A stretch of DNA of 63,999 nucleotides, the filler included, from Candidatus Babelota bacterium (GTDB lineage: Bacteria > JAGOBX01), in the NCBI GenBank assembly GCA_017999075.1. It is 13 parts of 13 records of this genome, joined end to end, with 100 filler letters (N's around TTAATTAATTAA, not from the genome) between each part and the next. Parts side by side here need not be neighbours in the genome. Positions count along the whole stretch, not along the records: positions 61,364 to 63,999 come from JAGOBX010000571.1; 12 more parts are not named here. One strand, given 5' to 3'. Under the pieces are notes generated by a model. The model saw only the letters and a list, made by a program, of their open reading frames with translations. It was not told the origin of the DNA and searched no databases. Numbering within the stretch: position 1 is the first letter of the stretch; each line of letters begins with the position of its first letter. This document shows, in pieces, positions 63,077 through 63,999 of this stretch. A program made the translations under genes and the position numbers.

Positions 63077-63999
63077 TGAGAATACTCGGAATAGAAACTT
63101 CATGTGACGAAACTTCTGCATCAATAGTAGAAAACGGAAAAAAAATTATCAGTACAATAGTGTCTTCTCAAACTGATATCCACAGCAAATACGGAGGAGT
63201 TGTTCCTGAAATAGCAGCAAGAAAACATGCTGAACTGCTGCTTCCGATCATTGATTCAGCGATTAAAGAAGCAAACATGAATCTTTCAGATATCGACGCT
63301 GTCGCAGTAACTTCAGAACCGGGATTAATCGGAGCGCTTTTAGTAGGAGTAAGCGCAGCTAAAGCTCTTGCTTATTCTCTGAAAAAAACATTGATACCTG
63401 TCAATCACATACTTGCGCATTTATATTCAGCTAATCTCGAATTTGAAATAGAATACCCTGTTATAGGGTTAATTATATCAGGCGGACATACATTGCTTGT
63501 CAAATCAGAATCATATGAATGTTTTGACATATTAGGTTCAACGCTTGACGATGCAGTAGGCGAATCTTTTGATAAAGTCGCAAAAATGCTTAATATAGGT
63601 TATCCCGGAGGACCGATTATAGAAAAACTGGCTCAAACAGGTTCACACGAAAAAATAATTTTTCCGAAACCTATGATAAATGAAAAAAATTTTAATTTCA
63701 GTTTCAGCGGTTTAAAAACTTCAGTTTTATATTATATAAAAAACAATGAAAAAAATTTTATTCCTAATGATGTATGCGCTTCTTTTCAAAAATCAGTTTT
63801 TGATGTATTGCTGACTAAAACATTACGCGCTGCTGAAGAATTTAAAATTTCTAATATTATCGTAGGCGGCGGAGTTGCAGCAAATAAAACATTAAAAAAA
63901 CTTTTCGAAACGGAATTTTCCAAACTTGGTAAAAAAGTCTATTTTCCTTCTATTCAATTATGTACCGACAATGCAGCTATGGTTGCCGGAGTTTCATAT
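63076..63999 (+). CDS. tsaD: tRNA N6-threonylcarbamoyltransferase, runs off the window
   Basis: Hand translation MRILGIETSCDETSAS...GGVVPE.A.R.H, PGL.GAL.VG, HILAH, SGGHT, TLDDAVGE.FDK, CTDNAAM. Confidence 0.97.
   Translation, partial: MRILGIETSCDETSASIVENGKKIISTIVSSQTDIHSKYGGVVPEIAARKHAELLLPIIDSAIKEANMNLSDIDAVAVTSEPGLIGALLVGVSAAKALAYSLKKTLIPVNHILAHLYSANLEFEIEYPVIGLIISGGHTLLVKSESYECFDILGSTLDDAVGESFDKVAKMLNIGYPGGPIIEKLAQTGSHEKIIFPKPMINEKNFNFSFSGLKTSVLYYIKNNEKNFIPNDVCASFQKSVFDVLLTKTLRAAEEFKISNIIVGGGVAANKTLKKLFETEFSKLGKKVYFPSIQLCTDNAAMVAGVSY

Overview
This is not a continuous locus. It is 13 unrelated low-GC bacterial contigs joined by twelve 100-nt N/TTAATTAATTAA linkers, so gene neighbourhood is only meaningful within a contig. 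Most contigs are ordinary: surface-glycan enzymes, trkAH, a type I pullulanase, an outer-membrane porin, tRNA-Cys, ferritin/desulfoferrodoxin, two-component and PP2C proteins, large secreted repeat proteins, fumarase subunits and tsaD. The standout is contig 2 (3235-17792), an accessory island. Six intergenic sites there share an exactly spaced TGCAAC-N17-GTAT motif that resembles an ECF-sigma promoter, plus one variant. The transcription units behind them encode a ClpP-like protease with an AAA+ ATPase, and what look like stripped-down copies of core proteins: a lone FtsZ C-terminal-like domain, a DnaB lacking its N-terminal domain, and a PTS EIIA-like protein without the phospho-His. The FtsZ-like and DnaB-like ORFs sit in two copies of the same repeat/promoter/3' scaffold, as if the cargo had been swapped. 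A second candidate system is a phospholipase C-like / HEAT-repeat / phospholipase C-like arrangement (58172-61263). All protein assignments come from motif recognition by eye, with no database searches.
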